A stretch of 64,000 nt of DNA, taken from positions 55,676,001 through 55,740,000 of the forward strand of contig NC_045708.1 in NCBI RefSeq assembly GCF_009834535.1, in the 5' to 3' direction. Below the pieces are notes generated by a model. It saw only the letters and a list, made by a program, of their open reading frames with translations. It was not told where the DNA came from and searched no databases. Shown here piece by piece: positions 37,726 to 51,446 of this stretch. Position numbers and translations under genes: made by a program. This DNA is from Camelus ferus (Eukaryota). Positions within the stretch are counted from its first letter, which is position 1. Every line of letters begins with the position of its first letter.

Positions 37726-38948
37726 ATTCTAACTGAGATTAAAAATCTAACTATTTCCACTGATCTCCGAGGCTCCCCATTCCCGCGCTCATGTCTCCCT
37801 CTCCCTCATCCACCCCTGTCACATCTCCCTGGTCTTCCCGACACACACCACACGCTCCTTCCTCGGGGCTCTGGCACTCGTCCTTCCCTCTGCCCTGCAA
37901 GCTCTACATCCAGGCATCATACCTGCATGCTTAACTCCCTCATGTCTTCTAGGTCTCTTGTTCAAATAGCGCCTTCATGGGAGGTATTCCTGACCACACT
38001 ACACAAAATAGCATTTGCTCCCCACGCTGTCTTGCCCCTTACTCTGCTTTGTTTTTCTGCAATGTTCCACGTATTTACATGTCTATTTGCGGTTCACAGT
38101 CTCTCTCCCCTAAAATGCAAATGCTGTAACACCAGAGACTCTCGCTGACGGTTATAACCTGCCTGTAAGCAATGCCTGGCTCAGAGTAGGTGCTTAACAC
38201 ATATTTGTTAAATAAAAGATGTTTATTTGAAGTGGTTACGGAAGGTTGTAGTCATCAGGCGGGCAAGCTAGAGGTTTTCACAATTTGCCAACCACTTACT
38301 ATGTGGTAAGTACTGGTCTCTGTACCTTACATGAGACAGATGACCACCAACCCATCCCTGGACAAATGACAGCAGTGGGAGTCAGACAAGTCCATAGATA
38401 ACTATAGTCACTTCTACCCCCATAAAGCTGGAAAAAGTGGATCATTGGAATCCATTCATTCAACCAACATATGTTTATTGAGCACTAAATAGAAGGGAGC
38501 TAAAATTTTTCACAGGCTTTCTATGTGCCAAGGCATTATAAGATTTACCTAGTATCTTTTTATAGCAACCCAATTAGGTAAGTAACTGTTATCCCCGACT
38601 TAAAACTTGAGAAACTTGAGGCCCACTAAGGCCCAAGGTTGCCCCACTATTGAAAGATAAAGACTAGACCCTGGTCTGTCTGACTCTATATTGTTATTCT
38701 GCTTAAAGGAACATGGTGCAAAGCCATTTAACCTGTTAGTGGGATCAGAGCAGGCTTCCAAGTAGAACCTCCAAAAGTAATATGCTGAGTTAGGCAGAGA
38801 CTGGAGGGGAGGGCACGCTGGGCTGAATGAATAGCATGTGTGACATATCGCGATGCTGTACCTCCCATACAGACAGAAACATGGGTCTTCTGGGCTTCTG
38901 TTTCCATTAATAAAGTAGGTTAAATCTGGTCCTCTGAATTACAATAAA

Positions 38949-38976
38949 ACACACACAAACACACACACACACACAC
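38949..38976 (+). repeat. Interrupted (CA)n microsatellite
   Basis: Directly visible. Confidence 0.85.
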
Positions 38977-39702
38977 CCTGTTACAAACAATGGCAAAATC
39001 AGTTTGATATGTGATGTAACTCAATCATGCAATGCAAATAATCAGCATGAAGGAATTACACATAAAGACAAGACTGAGGAGGATGTAGCATTCCAGATTT
39101 TAACAAAAGAGATGTGATTGCCTATAAACAACATTTTCCATTTATTGCATATAATTAAATAACTTACATGGCAATTAAATTACATGCCAATTATATAGAA
39201 TTGCAAGCTTTAATAAAACAAGTTAAAAACAAGTGGAAGTTATTACCGAAGCACATCAATTGCTTTGTTTTCTAAGTTGAACTGACATTTAAAAAAATTA
39301 ATGCTGACCTATGTTAAGCACTTTCTGTATTTGGAGTATAAGTTTAAGGGTAAGACTGCTAAACGTCATGAAGGTAAAAATTAAATAAGATTTAGAAGGT
39401 TACATGCTTGTTTCACCCAAAGAAAATAAAAAAGGAAAATAAGTATTTTGATGGATTGGTTTCGCTTTTTTTTTTAAAGAATGTCATTTTTCCCCCTTTC
39501 TTAACCATCCAAAATGAGGTTTTCTTTGAAGTAAGATGGCAAGAGCTGAGCTTTGATAGCACATAAGGTCAGTTTTTTCATACTTTATCCAAATGTCAAT
39601 TTTGTAATTTATAGTTAATGTATATACATATATACATACCTTTGTGTGTTCTACTGTGACACAACTCAAACTTCAAATTAAATATATATACATAATACAC
39701 AT

Positions 39703-39735
<33 letters not shown>
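39703..39735 (+). repeat. Compound (TG)9(AG)7 microsatellite
   Basis: Directly visible. Confidence 0.9.
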
Positions 39736-42700
39736 CTTGAGATAGAACATTTTACAGGTAGGAAAACCTAGCCCACCTTTATAGTCCTCCCCTCCTCAAA
39801 TATTCCAGGGCTCACACTCTAAGTCGTATTCCTCACCTCAGGAAGCTTAAGTTCTCCTGCAAGAAAGTTAAACTGAAAGATGAAAATATTCACTCCTCCT
39901 GGTTTAGCAGCTGCTTCTCATGCTAAGCTGCAACCATTCCATCTTCTTTCCTATTGTCTTTCTAAAATGTATAGAAATTGCTTCCACCCATGGTTTGAGT
40001 GGCGTCTGACAAAGAGCGGCTCCCACACCCCACCCACCTCCCAGAGGGAAAGACGCCCCGCTCATCTGCTGAATACTGCACACGGGAACACATCCAAGTC
40101 ATCCTAAAGTTGATCAAGTGATTACGTTCCAGATTTACCTGGAGAAAGGATTATAAACGGGGAATAAATGGCACGGACAGGAGCAAAGGCGGGGAAGTTG
40201 CAAGCGTGAAGGGCGATCAGAGCGGGGAAGGCGGGGCGGCACGCGCCGCACTGGACTGGCTGAAGCTGACGCAGATGAAGGGAGGTGCTGAAACCAGGCT
40301 GGAAACTGGTTGCAGGTTTGGTCTAGGGGCAGGTTTCACTGAGTGGCTTCTGGAGGACAGTGGTTCAAGGTCGTTGAGGGTATTCTAGTGAGCAGCCTAG
40401 GCTTGATGGAACATGAGCGCTGGTTAAGGCGGTGGTCTGAGGAGCAATGGGGGATCCAGTGACTGAAGGGACTGGATCAAGTCGAAGAGGAGGTATCGTT
40501 AAAGTAAGGGGAAAGGATTCTGAACTACCTATGCTCTGCAAGCTGACTTCTCCCAGTGTTAAAATTTCCCAGTCCTCACCACCTGGGGGTTGGACGTGAG
40601 GCAGATGAGGTCACAGAAATAGAAAAAACACAAATTCTATGATTTCCAGTATCTGGCTAGGGGCATCCAGCTCCCTGAAGAATCTCCCCCCAGGTATTTC
40701 TGGGGGACCCAGGGCTGTCTAGATCAGGTCTGTTTTCCAAGATCCTGAGTGCTGCTGCTTTCCTACTGTTCACCCCAGCCCCCAAGTCTGCCTCTGATCA
40801 CCCGCCCCCAGGAAAAATGGGCACAGTTCTAGGTCCCACCTGGTTGCAGATTTCCTGTTCCTTGGTAAAATCATAGTCCTCTGAATTTTTACGTTTAAAA
40901 TGCATTGTGAGTACATTCTGATGCGGAAATTAAAACACACTCCACAAATCGGTGCGTAATAAATATTTACTAGTGTATTCAGCAGACATTTGCTCAGTTC
41001 CTTCTACCTGTGAGGCACAGAGATGGGTTTAGTGAATAAAGGAGAGAGGCTCTGCACTCAAGGAATTTATACCGCTCTGGTCAGCGAGGCAGGCCAATAA
41101 AAGAGTAGGTTGCAGTAGTGTAAGGTGTGCTTGTTTGTTTCCCTGTTTGCGGTGTGTGTGTAGCCCCATCTTCTTCCCCAAAGAATCTAACACCTTGGGC
41201 AGGGTGGCAAGTGTTCAGCTTTACTCTAGGAGCACAGAGGAAGGGAGCTTAAATCTGACCAGGGGTGGTCAAGGGAGACTTTCTCCAGGAGTTTATCACA
41301 TTGTAAGACCTGCAATTCCGTGTGCTGCCTTGACCTTCTTGAGCCTCACAAGGTCCTAAAGTCTTAGCTGTTGGGTTCCTCTTCTCTTGCCTGCTGCACC
41401 CCTACTGGACAGGAAAGGCTCGCTACCCAGCTAGTTCCTATCAGCTGGACTGGCTGCAACTCATCCTGTCCTCAAGTTAATATCTTCCCTCTCTGCCAGC
41501 CTGCGAAGTTCTTAAAACGAACCCATCACATTCCCTGGTGGAAATCAGGTTTTACACTGCCCTCTTGTGACTACAAAGCCTGCCTCCCTCAACCCCTCCT
41601 GGTTGATTCTGCCCCCAAGTACACCCCCCGCCATGTGGTCCTGCGTGGCATTCAGTGCCCTCCTCCCCGGGCTGTGAGTATATGTGACTCACGCCAATCT
41701 CATCTAACCAGTGTTAGGTGTTGTGTTTGGCCATCTCACACTATTTAGGGCAAGACATCCTTCCTTCACCAATGGGGTGACTAGAAGGTGATGAGAACAG
41801 TCGTGTCAGTTAAGCTTTGAAGAATGAGTAAGATTTAGGTAGGTGGAGAAACGGAGGAAAGCATGTCAGCACAGAGGTAGACAGGAGCATGGTGCATTGT
41901 GGGAACTACAAGTAGGCTGGTAGGATGGGTCTGTGGTGAAGGCTGAGGCTAACGAGGCAAGGTCCTTCGTGCAAAGCTAAGGAGCTCATCGTTTTTCTCT
42001 AAAACACCTTAAGGGATTTTAGCCAGACATTTTACAAAGAATACTCTGGCAGTGTGTGGCCAATGAATTTAAAGTAGGGCAAGAATCAAGGTCGAGCAGG
42101 CAGTGAGAACACCAAGACGGAACTCCAAGCAGGAAGCAACGAGGGTTCAGACCACAGTGCTGGCAGTGAGTCAGGTTCTGGAGGTACAAAGAGAATGGAA
42201 TTCGTTCAGCTTGGTGGCCAACTGGAAGCAGGACTGGCGACATTGGAGAGAGCAGAGAGAGAATGACTGCTGGCCTTGGGTCACCAGGGACAAGTTGTCT
42301 TCATGCCCTGAGATAGGAAATACAAAAAGAGGACCAGGTTTGTGACTGGAAAGTATTCACTTCTGGACATACTGATTCTGAGAGGTTTGTGAAACATCCA
42401 AGTGGTTTCCATTTGGGGGGGGGGGTCCACATATGGGCCTCAGGGCAGGTTGGAGATGAAGTTTGAAGAGTTATCAGCTCAGTGGTGATACTAGTTCCTG
42501 GGTTCAGCGTAAGGGGATGAATGGAGAGAAGCGGGGATGCAGGTCACAGGTGACGCATACAGAAAAAAGTCACATCAACACTCAAGAGGTGAGTGGAAGT
42601 AGGGTCGTTCGCAAATAAAACTGAGGAGGGTCCAGCGGTATCGGGAGAATGATGTTCTGGAAGTCCACGTGGGAAAGAAACAGAGGTGTTGATATTTTTA

Positions 42701-44039
42701 GGGAGATAATGAAGGTACCCGACTGAGGGGATAACTGACAGAACAAAGTTCATGAAGGGGCCAGAGCAATGGGATTCAGAGAAAAGAGAGAGAAATTACG
42801 CTTAATACAGGGAATCATCACTTCCAGTGAAAGAGGAAATAAAGACAAAAGGATACACGTAAATTTGTAAGTGTGAATAAACAGGGTTAGTATTTTCTTC
42901 ACTGTGAAAAAAAAAATCCAGCTAAATTGCCTACCATTGGGTGGAATAAAACTCTGGAAAACAGTGTTTCTCATTTGGTTAACCAGCAGGCTGACGATAA
43001 AGAGGCAAAGCATTCCAACAACTTGAGAGTTTTCATTTATGTGGAAATGGAGTTTGATAGACATAAAAGGAACATAATCTGAGACATACTTAGAAGCTAG
43101 TGATAGGTCTATAAACTAGACTACGTGAAGCCAGCTAATAAACTCAAAACCTACTCTAAGATGAAAGAAACTGCAAAACATGTAAAAAAAAAATTCAAAT
43201 TACGTGGATAAACTGTGAAATAGAATTACAGTGTTAATTCGTAAGCAAAATAATAGTTCACCAAGTAATACAAGGGTACGATTTTGCTGAAACACATTTG
43301 TCACACTTACTAAAACTGCTTTGATTAGAAGTGATGCTTTCAGTTGGATTTCAAATGTGATGCTGCAATCAAAATAAACATCCAAAACAAATTGATGAGC
43401 CCAAGTTCATCTTGGGTTCTATATTAGCCATGAGTGAAGTATGCAAGTTCATTACTAGGAATGTAAACACAGTTTTCCTAAGATCAGATAGTTCTTATCA
43501 CCTGAAGAATACTTTATCTTTTTAAAAGAAAATGGAATATTCTCAGAGGACAATTTGTTATTTCAAAAACAAGAGTAAAATAAATAAATCATTTTGATCC
43601 ACTTAGTGCAAGTTTAATACAAATTCACTATAATTTTTTATAGAGCGTGTCACAAGAATAAATCGTGAATTATCAGCACAGGTGAGAACTAATTCCAAAT
43701 GTGCAGACATACAATTACAGAGAATTCAAGGTAAGATAAATGTGTATGCTCTGAGATGCAATAAGTCATTTACTTTGATTTTTGATATTAAACTCTTTAG
43801 AGCTTGTTAATATTTATCATTTTAGAAAGCATTTCACTTCAATAGAATTTAGCTACTGATTTGTCAGAAATAACTTTTTGTTATAAAATAATATTTGAAA
43901 TGTTATTTCAAAATACTTGAAAAATATAAATGTTCGGGGGAAATATTTATAGCCCCACCACTTAAACAAAACATTTTGATAAATACTTAACCAGGTATTT
44001 ATTGCAATGCATAAGTAAACACAGACAACTAGATAGAAG

Positions 44040-45600
44040 TGGAATTATATTATGCATATTCTGTGCCTGATTTTTAAACTTAATATTTGTAATACTAGCC
44101 CTGAACATCTTCCCAGGCTGGTAACTAGAGATCTACATGGTCCTTGTAATTACATTATGTTGCACGGTATGAGTGTATTAGCTTTTTAATCACTCAATTG
44201 ACGAAAATGCAAGTTGTTTCTGATATTTTACTATGATAAGCAATGCTGCAATAAAAACAATTCTTGAAATATGTCTCTACAGACATGTCTGTCTCTTAAG
44301 GATAAATTCCTGTAGTGCAATGAATGGATTAAAGAGGATCCACATTTTAGAAACATTGCCTTTCTGTTCTCCGCAACAGAGATGATTCTATACTCCCATC
44401 AGTAGTCCTCAAGCACCCATCTCCTGCATTACTAATGAGGTTGAACCACTCGTTCCATGAGTTTGCTGGCTCCGTGTATCAGTTCTTGTGTGGATTGTCT
44501 ACTTGTGACCACCTCTTGTAGGGTGTTCATCATTTACTAGTTAATTTGAAGAATTCTTTTTTAAAGGCTATTAATCTTTATCTGTTATTGAAGATCTTTT
44601 TTTCTACTTTTCCTAACGTGCTCTTCTTTTTTAATTTGGGCTTTTGAGTAATAGTATAAGGAACTTTTCACTTCTCAAGACTATAAAAATGTTCTATTGT
44701 GTCTTTGTTTTATATAATTTCACTTATTACTTTTTAAAGGTTCGAACCATCTTAAAGTCTTCTCATGTTATGTCAAGTCAGATTGTAGTTTTTTTTTAAA
44801 ATGAGTAGTCAGCTCTCTTATTGAGTAACTTTTTCCCCCACTGAAAAGCCATTTTTATTGCACACAAAAGTGAGAAGTATTTTTAGATTCTGTTTTGTTC
44901 CACTGATCTATAGTTATTCTTGGACTAATGTCTCTACTTGAGTAACTCTAACTTGGGAAAAAAATTTCATGTCTCCTGATACTTGTTCCAGTTCTTTTTT
45001 TCTGAAAACTTCTGGCTATCTTCCCGTCCCTTCCTTCCTACAAAACAAAAACAAAAACAAAAACAAAAACAAAAACAAAAACAAAAACAAACAAACAAAA
45101 AAACAACTTTAGAAACATTTTTTTCTGGTTCCTAAAAAGTCCTATTGAGATTTTAGTATGAATTACTTTGAATTTCTAGCGTATGAGAGGAAGGAAAATC
45201 TTTACATGAATCTGACCAAGAATTCTTTCTTTGAATGTTCTTCTGTGTCACCCAGGGAGAGTTTTATAGTTTTCTTTTTAAAAATCCTGTATATTTCTTG
45301 CAGGTCACTTATATTTCACCACTTTCTAAATTAGTAACAGCTGTACTGCTGTGGTGACTGAGAACTGTTCCCACACTGGTTTCTAACTGATCAACTGATT
45401 TATATTAACTTTTGTGTATTTATTATGCAATCAGCCACCTTGCTGGACTCACTGATAGTTTCTTCCATTGGCTCACTTGCATTCTCCAGGTTTTGAATAA
45501 CAGAACTGTAAAAAATGATTCTTCTGCACCCTCCTTTCCAATATCTAATTATGTGAAACTAAAAATTTAAAGGATATACTTACTGCTAGTAGTTTTCATT
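44040..45600 (-). mobile_element. Old L1 (L1MC/ME-like) fragments
   Basis: T-rich degenerate L1 3' sequence; boundaries approximate. Confidence 0.55.
45041..45104 (+). repeat. (CAAAAA)n simple repeat
   Basis: Directly visible tandem hexamer degrading into (CAAA)n. Confidence 0.9.
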
Positions 45601-47569
45601 AATTTTGCATAGACTATCAGTTAATAAATTTAGCTCTTTTGGTTAGCTCAGGAAAGTTTTCCTTAATTACTACTTCTTTCATTTTTCTGGTTTTATTTTT
45701 TTTGGAGGCGGCATACTTACAATTCAGAGGTTGGATTTATATAATTTTTTGTTTCCTCTATCTTATTTTTTTCCCTCATCCCCTTTCTCTACATTTTTGG
45801 AGAGGGGCAGAATTTACCCACATGACCAGTGAAATTTTCTGTATTCAGTAATGCTGATTCCTCCCTTCTGTGGGGAATTTGCATTTGGGGTTTCATTTTT
45901 TGCCTACTTCAGGATGCTCCCTCTTTATTCCTTCCCTTTTCCTCAACTTATTCTTTCTTTACAGCTAATAAAAGTGAGATTATTTAGACACTTCTTTGTG
46001 CAAGACAGAGTGCTGAGTACTTCACAGACATTATCATGTTTGATTTGTACAAACTCTAAGGTCGATATTATTACCATATGACATGTAAGGAATCTGAGAC
46101 TCCAAGATCACTAGGGAACTTGCCCAGGACTCCTGAGCTGGTCAGTGGTTGAGCCAGGATTTAAAGCCAGGTCTTCTGCCTCCATAATCCATGCTCTTAA
46201 CAACCCTACCAGAGGGTTGCATATGCCCTTCGTCCTCCTCCCTGCTCATAAAGGAGCTCAGTGCTTGCCGGATCTACACCTGGAGTGAGGTGGCCTCCTA
46301 AGAGCCTGTGTCAGGTCCAGTGCCTGCTCAGCTAAGGCCAGTGCATCTTCAGTTCCGATTCTTAGTCTGGCTTTACTCGAGTCAGACAAATGTTCTCTTT
46401 ACGAGTGTTGTACACGCTCCAGCATTTGCTGCAATCCAGGAACCCTCCACTCTCCACCCATCTGCAAGGCTTTCTCTGGGGTGACTGAACATCAAGGAAT
46501 GCAAAGCCCTCCTTCCTCTTGAATCTGCAGTTGTACCCAAAATTGAAACCTAAGGTCTTGAAAATGCAGATGAAAGCAAGATGAGGGATACTGAGAGACG
46601 AGCAGACATCGCTAGCTAGCTCAGACAATTTCTGGGTAATAAGGGGTTTGGTTTTCTAGGCAGTGCAGCTCTTGTGGCCTGCTTCAGGGGCAATCACTGA
46701 GTTGAGGCTACTTCTTACCTACTCTGCAGCTAATTTGGGACAAGAAATCAAATGACTGACACTGGAGTTAGTGTAAATTCCCAACAGATACTGGCACCGG
46801 GGTTCCTCTTACCTTTAGTTTCCAGCATCATTGCTGTCTTTGTGGGTATTTTTACATGAATCAGGGAAAGAATAAATCGAGGACTGCTAACCTGTGGTCG
46901 TGTCTAACATGTTTACTGAGCATCACGCAATTGGCTTGGGGTCAGTGTTGGACTCCCTCTTAAAGGAGGTATGTAGACTGTTCCCATCGACACCCAGCAG
47001 TCACTGACACAGGCCAGAGTGAATCTAGGTGCCTTTCTATGACGCATTTCCTAGGCTCTTCCCTTGTAGGAAGTTCCCACAATATGAGCTGTTCCTAAAG
47101 CCCTATGGATTTGTAAAATTGTCTTGTGACAATTTTCAAATCACATTAAAAAAAAAACAGCCCCCCCCCCCCAAAAGGGTAGTGTTGGAGAGAGAATTAA
47201 GGACTGAGCTGAGGTGTTTTCCTGTCTGAGAGACATGGCTGAAGAGGCTGAGAGAACCAGGTCAAAGTGACCTGACAGTTTTTTCTTGAGAGTTATCTTG
47301 TACAGAAAAAAAGCTTTTTACACTGTGAATTGTAGAAGCCCCTTGGCACACAGAGGATTTCTTGCCTCAATAAAGTGGAGCTAAGGACGTTATAAAATGC
47401 TACTTGATTTTTTTTTTTTTCCCTTTCAGAAGCATCCAAGTTATTCTGCACTTCTATGGCCAAAGCTACAATGGACAGAAGGAGCTAAGAAATGTGTTGA
47501 GAGATAAAATGTGTAACTGGAAATCCCACGCTGCACTAGGTGCCCCTCATCTGTGTCCCTGCCACCCCT

Positions 47570-47850
47570 TGTGATGGTCAGTTTTGTGTCAACATCATGT
47601 TTTATGTGTTTACAAAGGGTCACCGGTTGATTCTAAGTACTTAACATAACCCTCAATAATGCCGGTGGGCCTCATTCAATCCGCTGAAAAGTCTCAAGGG
47701 CAAAATCTGAGGTTTCCCAAAGAACCCTGCCTTAAAACTTCAAAATAGAAACTGCTGGCCCAGCCTATATATTTACACTTCTCAGGCCCCCATAATTATG
47801 ATAAAATTCCTTAAAATAAATCTTTTTATACATACAGACATTTTACTCTA
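47570..47850 (+). mobile_element. MLT2-like (ERVL) LTR, internally deleted
   Basis: TGTGATGGTCAGTTTT start; GGTGGGCCTCATTCAATCCGCTGAA block. Confidence 0.6.
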
Positions 47851-49170
47851 TGTTAAGCGTTTTACTTGGCTCTTCCCCCAACTCTAAGCTCAAGGATGTG
47901 GACTCTGTCTTACAAATCCCTGTATCCTCAACATCCAGCAAGATGCCTTCTCAAACTCTAAGTACTCAAGAAATATTCTGAACTAATGGATAAACAGAAT
48001 AATCCCTTCATAAAAGACTGTTGAATCAGGAGACGGGTAACAACTGAAGCAAGGGTGATTAACAGGGTCAGGAAATAGGGATCTTGGACAAAATGAGGCT
48101 GGAAAGCAGGCAGCTCAACTCCTACAGTAGCCAGAGGTGCAAGCCAGCACACCAAAGGCCTGGAAGTTAAAACTCAGGGCTTTATATCAAAAGCCCACTT
48201 AAAAAAAAAAAAGTCAGCTGGGCCTGACTCTTCTCATTGTGTGGCCTCTGGCATGTTGCTTCCCCGTCTTAGGCTCAGGGTGGCTGATCCATTTGATCTC
48301 CCTTAACACATTATATGATTCAGAACAAATATGATTCTAAGGTCAAAGCAAACAGGAACAGAAACTGAGATGGTTGAAATGTGAAATAATGCATGTGGAG
48401 CCTATAGGTCATTCTCTCCCTCGTGTCAGGGGCAGCACTGGTCACTGGGGTGGGAGCCCTTGGGCCACAGGCACCAACGCTGCAGTGAATATAGTTTGCT
48501 GAAAAGTGGGACAAGAACAGAATGAGAACGACAAGGAGATTCGTGCAGGGAACATGTCCAGTGCAGCACGATGGTAACTGTGGTAGTTAGTGCGGGAAGT
48601 CTGGCTAGTTTTGCTTCTGAGATTAATTGAACTGCATCAATGGGCTGGACGGTGTGGAGTCAGCACTATGCTTTGGCTCAGCTACAGGTGAGGCAACGTG
48701 AAAACAGATGAAACTGGCTTTCACAGAATGACTGTTCCCTTATCTTTCTGTATGGGAAGGAACCCTCCATTTGGGGATGGATATAAAATGCTAGTTTCCA
48801 AATTCATGACATTGTTTTTCTTGACAATTTCTTCAAACATGTCATTTCATTCCACAAGACTCTAACCTCTGAAAGAAACAGTGAATAAACTTGGAAAATG
48901 TTTTAACAGCAAGAACACTTCAGCCACGGCACAGAGCCAGAAGCCGATGACACCCCTCAGTTATGAAAGTTAGCAGTGCTCTCTGTTTGCAAAGCAGGAT
49001 TCCGCGCTCAAATTAGAAACTGTCATTCTGCAGAACAAATCCGGTCAAGAGATTACCCCACATAATGCAACAGATAGGAAGCTGTGTTCATATTAAAAAA
49101 AATAAGAACAAAAACAACAATCAAACCTCATTTCCTTGGACATAATATCGACGGCAAGAGGTACATCCCT

Positions 49171-49176
49171 TTTATT
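49171..49176 (-). terminator. CRYZ: Candidate CRYZ polyadenylation signal AATAAA (alternative candidate at 49365-49370)
   Basis: AATAAA on the minus strand ~0.9 kb after the stop, followed by a GU/U-rich downstream tract (TTTGATTGTTGTTTTTGTTCTT). Confidence 0.5.
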
Positions 49177-50073
49177 TAGTTTAGATAAAGTCTTCCAGCA
49201 CGGAACACTGTTAGGAAGTAACCATTTGGTGCTATGTAAAAGTGAAGTAAGGCAAGTACTATATATAAGATAAACCAGGAAGATATAGTTTCTAGTTTCC
49301 TATAGAATTTACTGCAGTTACCATGCTATAACAAAAGCAGATCATTCTTAGTGTGTTAAATTCATTTATTAATTTAAAGAAAAATATATGATCCGCATCA
49401 CAAAAACAGATCATTCTAAATCTTCTTTGAAGCTGAATCAATCAAAAAGCATCTATTTGGAAACTATGTACCCAGTATCATATTATATCAAAGATAAGGC
49501 GGCTGTCCTCACAGAAGATATGGATCATTGGTAATCAATCATTAACCTAGTCAATGTTCTACTATTTTGGAAACTATTGGAAAACTAACACATTTCTCTG
49601 GACATGGTTATCTTGCCCTTCTGAGTCTTGTAGATCTAGATGAGATTAGTGTTGAAAAGTGGGTCTCATTTAGTCCAGAAAATTTCAGAGTCCAATATAA
49701 TTCTGGGCTAATCAGAGACTAAAGAACCTGTAAAAGGAGAAGTAGGCTTGGAAATCAAGCAGTGTTATTTTGAATTAGCAGGTTTTAGTCAAAGGTACGG
49801 AATTAATGATCACACATCAATTAGGTATTTCTGCAATGCACTCCAATGCCAAGTGACCACTAACACTCTATTTCCTACTCTGATGCCTCCCTGATGAGAG
49901 GTAGAGGCTTAAAGAATACTGCCAGCTATAAAATAAATCATACCCTAATGCCTATAGTCTCTAAAGATAAATCTTTTTTTTTTTAATATAAGAAACTTAC
50001 TAAATCAAATGAATGCTAATTAAAGCAAAGACAATGTAAGAAACTTCTAATAGGAAATCCATGAAAGGATCAA

Positions 50074-50238
50074 TCATTTTAAGAGAAGAACCATTTTTCC
50101 AGCAGCTCCACTGCTGTGAGTGAGATCCTCATGAGCCTGGGCCACCTTCTCCAGCGGGTACTGGGAACCTATTACAGGTCTCAACCAACCGATTTCCATT
50201 CCAGCTTGAAGGGCTGCTGCAAACTGCTGAAATTCCTC
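50074..50238 (-). CDS. CRYZ: CRYZ last coding exon 9: [54 protein letters not shown]-stop
   Basis: TAG acceptor; TGA stop at 50074-50076; matches the CRYZ C-terminus. Confidence 0.96.
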   Translation of the reverse strand, partial: EEFQQFAAALQAGMEIGWLRPVIGSQYPLEKVAQAHEDLTHSSGAAGKMVLLLK

Positions 50239-50680
50239 CTAAGGGAAAGAAAAAGATGTGTTTTTTTGTTTGTTTGTTTGTTTTGGTAGAGGAAGATATG
50301 ACTTAATTTTCAGAAGCATTAAAAACTTTCAGAATCTAAGATAGCATTAAGAGTTTCTCACAGATGCATGGCTTTTGTCAAGTTGTTCAGAACTACAGAC
50401 CAAGTGATTCTCTATAGGGAACCATCAGTGCAATTTGTCTGTGGCAGCCTCAGTTTACAAAATACCTACTGTCCTGGAGTAATTAGTAATAGTATCTCCT
50501 GTCTCTTTCACACGTGTCCTGGCTTGGAAAATAAACTATATTTGTCATCCTAGTTATCTTCTAGGGATTAATTATTAAACTACTTAGTGAAATAACTAAG
50601 TTTAACATCTGCTTGAACTTTCAGTAGGCAAACCATATCACTGTTTAAGTCTGCAAAATCAGAATCATTTCTTTTCCTAC

Positions 50681-50776
50681 CTTGGTTGATGAAAAGAGAG
50701 TAACTCCTTTTATGCTAGATTCCTTTGCCATGGTGTCCCGTGGATTTATTTCAATAGGACCTTTGCTGCCAACAAT
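50681..50776 (-). CDS. CRYZ: CRYZ coding exon 8 (96 nt): [32 protein letters not shown]
   Basis: TAG acceptor after a 98-nt intron, GTAGGA donor, open frame. Confidence 0.96.
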
Positions 50777-50874
50777 CTAGTATGAAAAACAACATGTCTA
50801 TAGTTACAGATTACTGCGAAATAGTGTTAAATTATGGTAAAACTTCAAAGTGGTTAAAAAAATGAAATACTTAC

Positions 50875-50976
50875 TATTACTCGTCCTCCTTGGGACAAAA
50901 GATTCAGATCGTTGCTAAGATTTACATTAGCTAACATTTCAATAATCACATCAATTCCTTTTTCACCAACAGATTT
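50875..50976 (-). CDS. CRYZ: CRYZ coding exon 7 (102 nt): [34 protein letters not shown]
   Basis: TAG acceptor, GTAAGT donor, open frame, matches CRYZ. Confidence 0.96.
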
Positions 50977-51404
50977 CTAAATACAAAAGAACGCAGAGTA
51001 GATTAGAAAACAAGTTAAAAAAACCTGTTATCACAGTCCCATAGATTACAGCAATGTGTTTCAAATGACAAAAAATGCTACATTTCTAAGACTAATAATG
51101 CAAATTTTAAGATAATTTAATTACAACGTTGTGACACAGTTCCAGGGTTCTAGTCATAACATCTAAAATGATAAAGACTTGTATAAATTGCTATAATGAA
51201 ACAAAATTTGGTTAGAATTTTCAGGTGCTTAGATTCAATTTGACTATAAAATACTTTTTCCTTAGTTGAAAATTTTCTATCTTCAAAATATATTTTAATA
51301 GAGAAAGAAACAACAAATCAAAAATCCTAACCTGCAACGGGGCTCCCATTTTTATTAAAAAATAGAAAACAAAAGAAAAAATTATTGGCTTAGTGTTGTA
51401 GGAT

Positions 51405-51446
51405 TGTGTGTGTGTGTGTGTGTGCGCATGTGCGCATGTGTGTGCA
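51405..51446 (+). repeat. (TG)10 extended by CGCATG-type units; 42 bp of alternating purine-pyrimidine
   Basis: Directly visible in CRYZ intron 6. Confidence 0.9.

Noticed and set aside
42950-43300. Possible hAT transposase C-terminal relic (SIPTT…FSFM)
   Set aside because: Similarity too short and degenerate to support by eye; needs an HMM search
49331-49417. 18-bp direct repeat ACAAAA(G/A)CAGATCATTCT in the CRYZ 3'UTR
   Set aside because: Two copies only; consistent with a small local duplication and nothing suggests function
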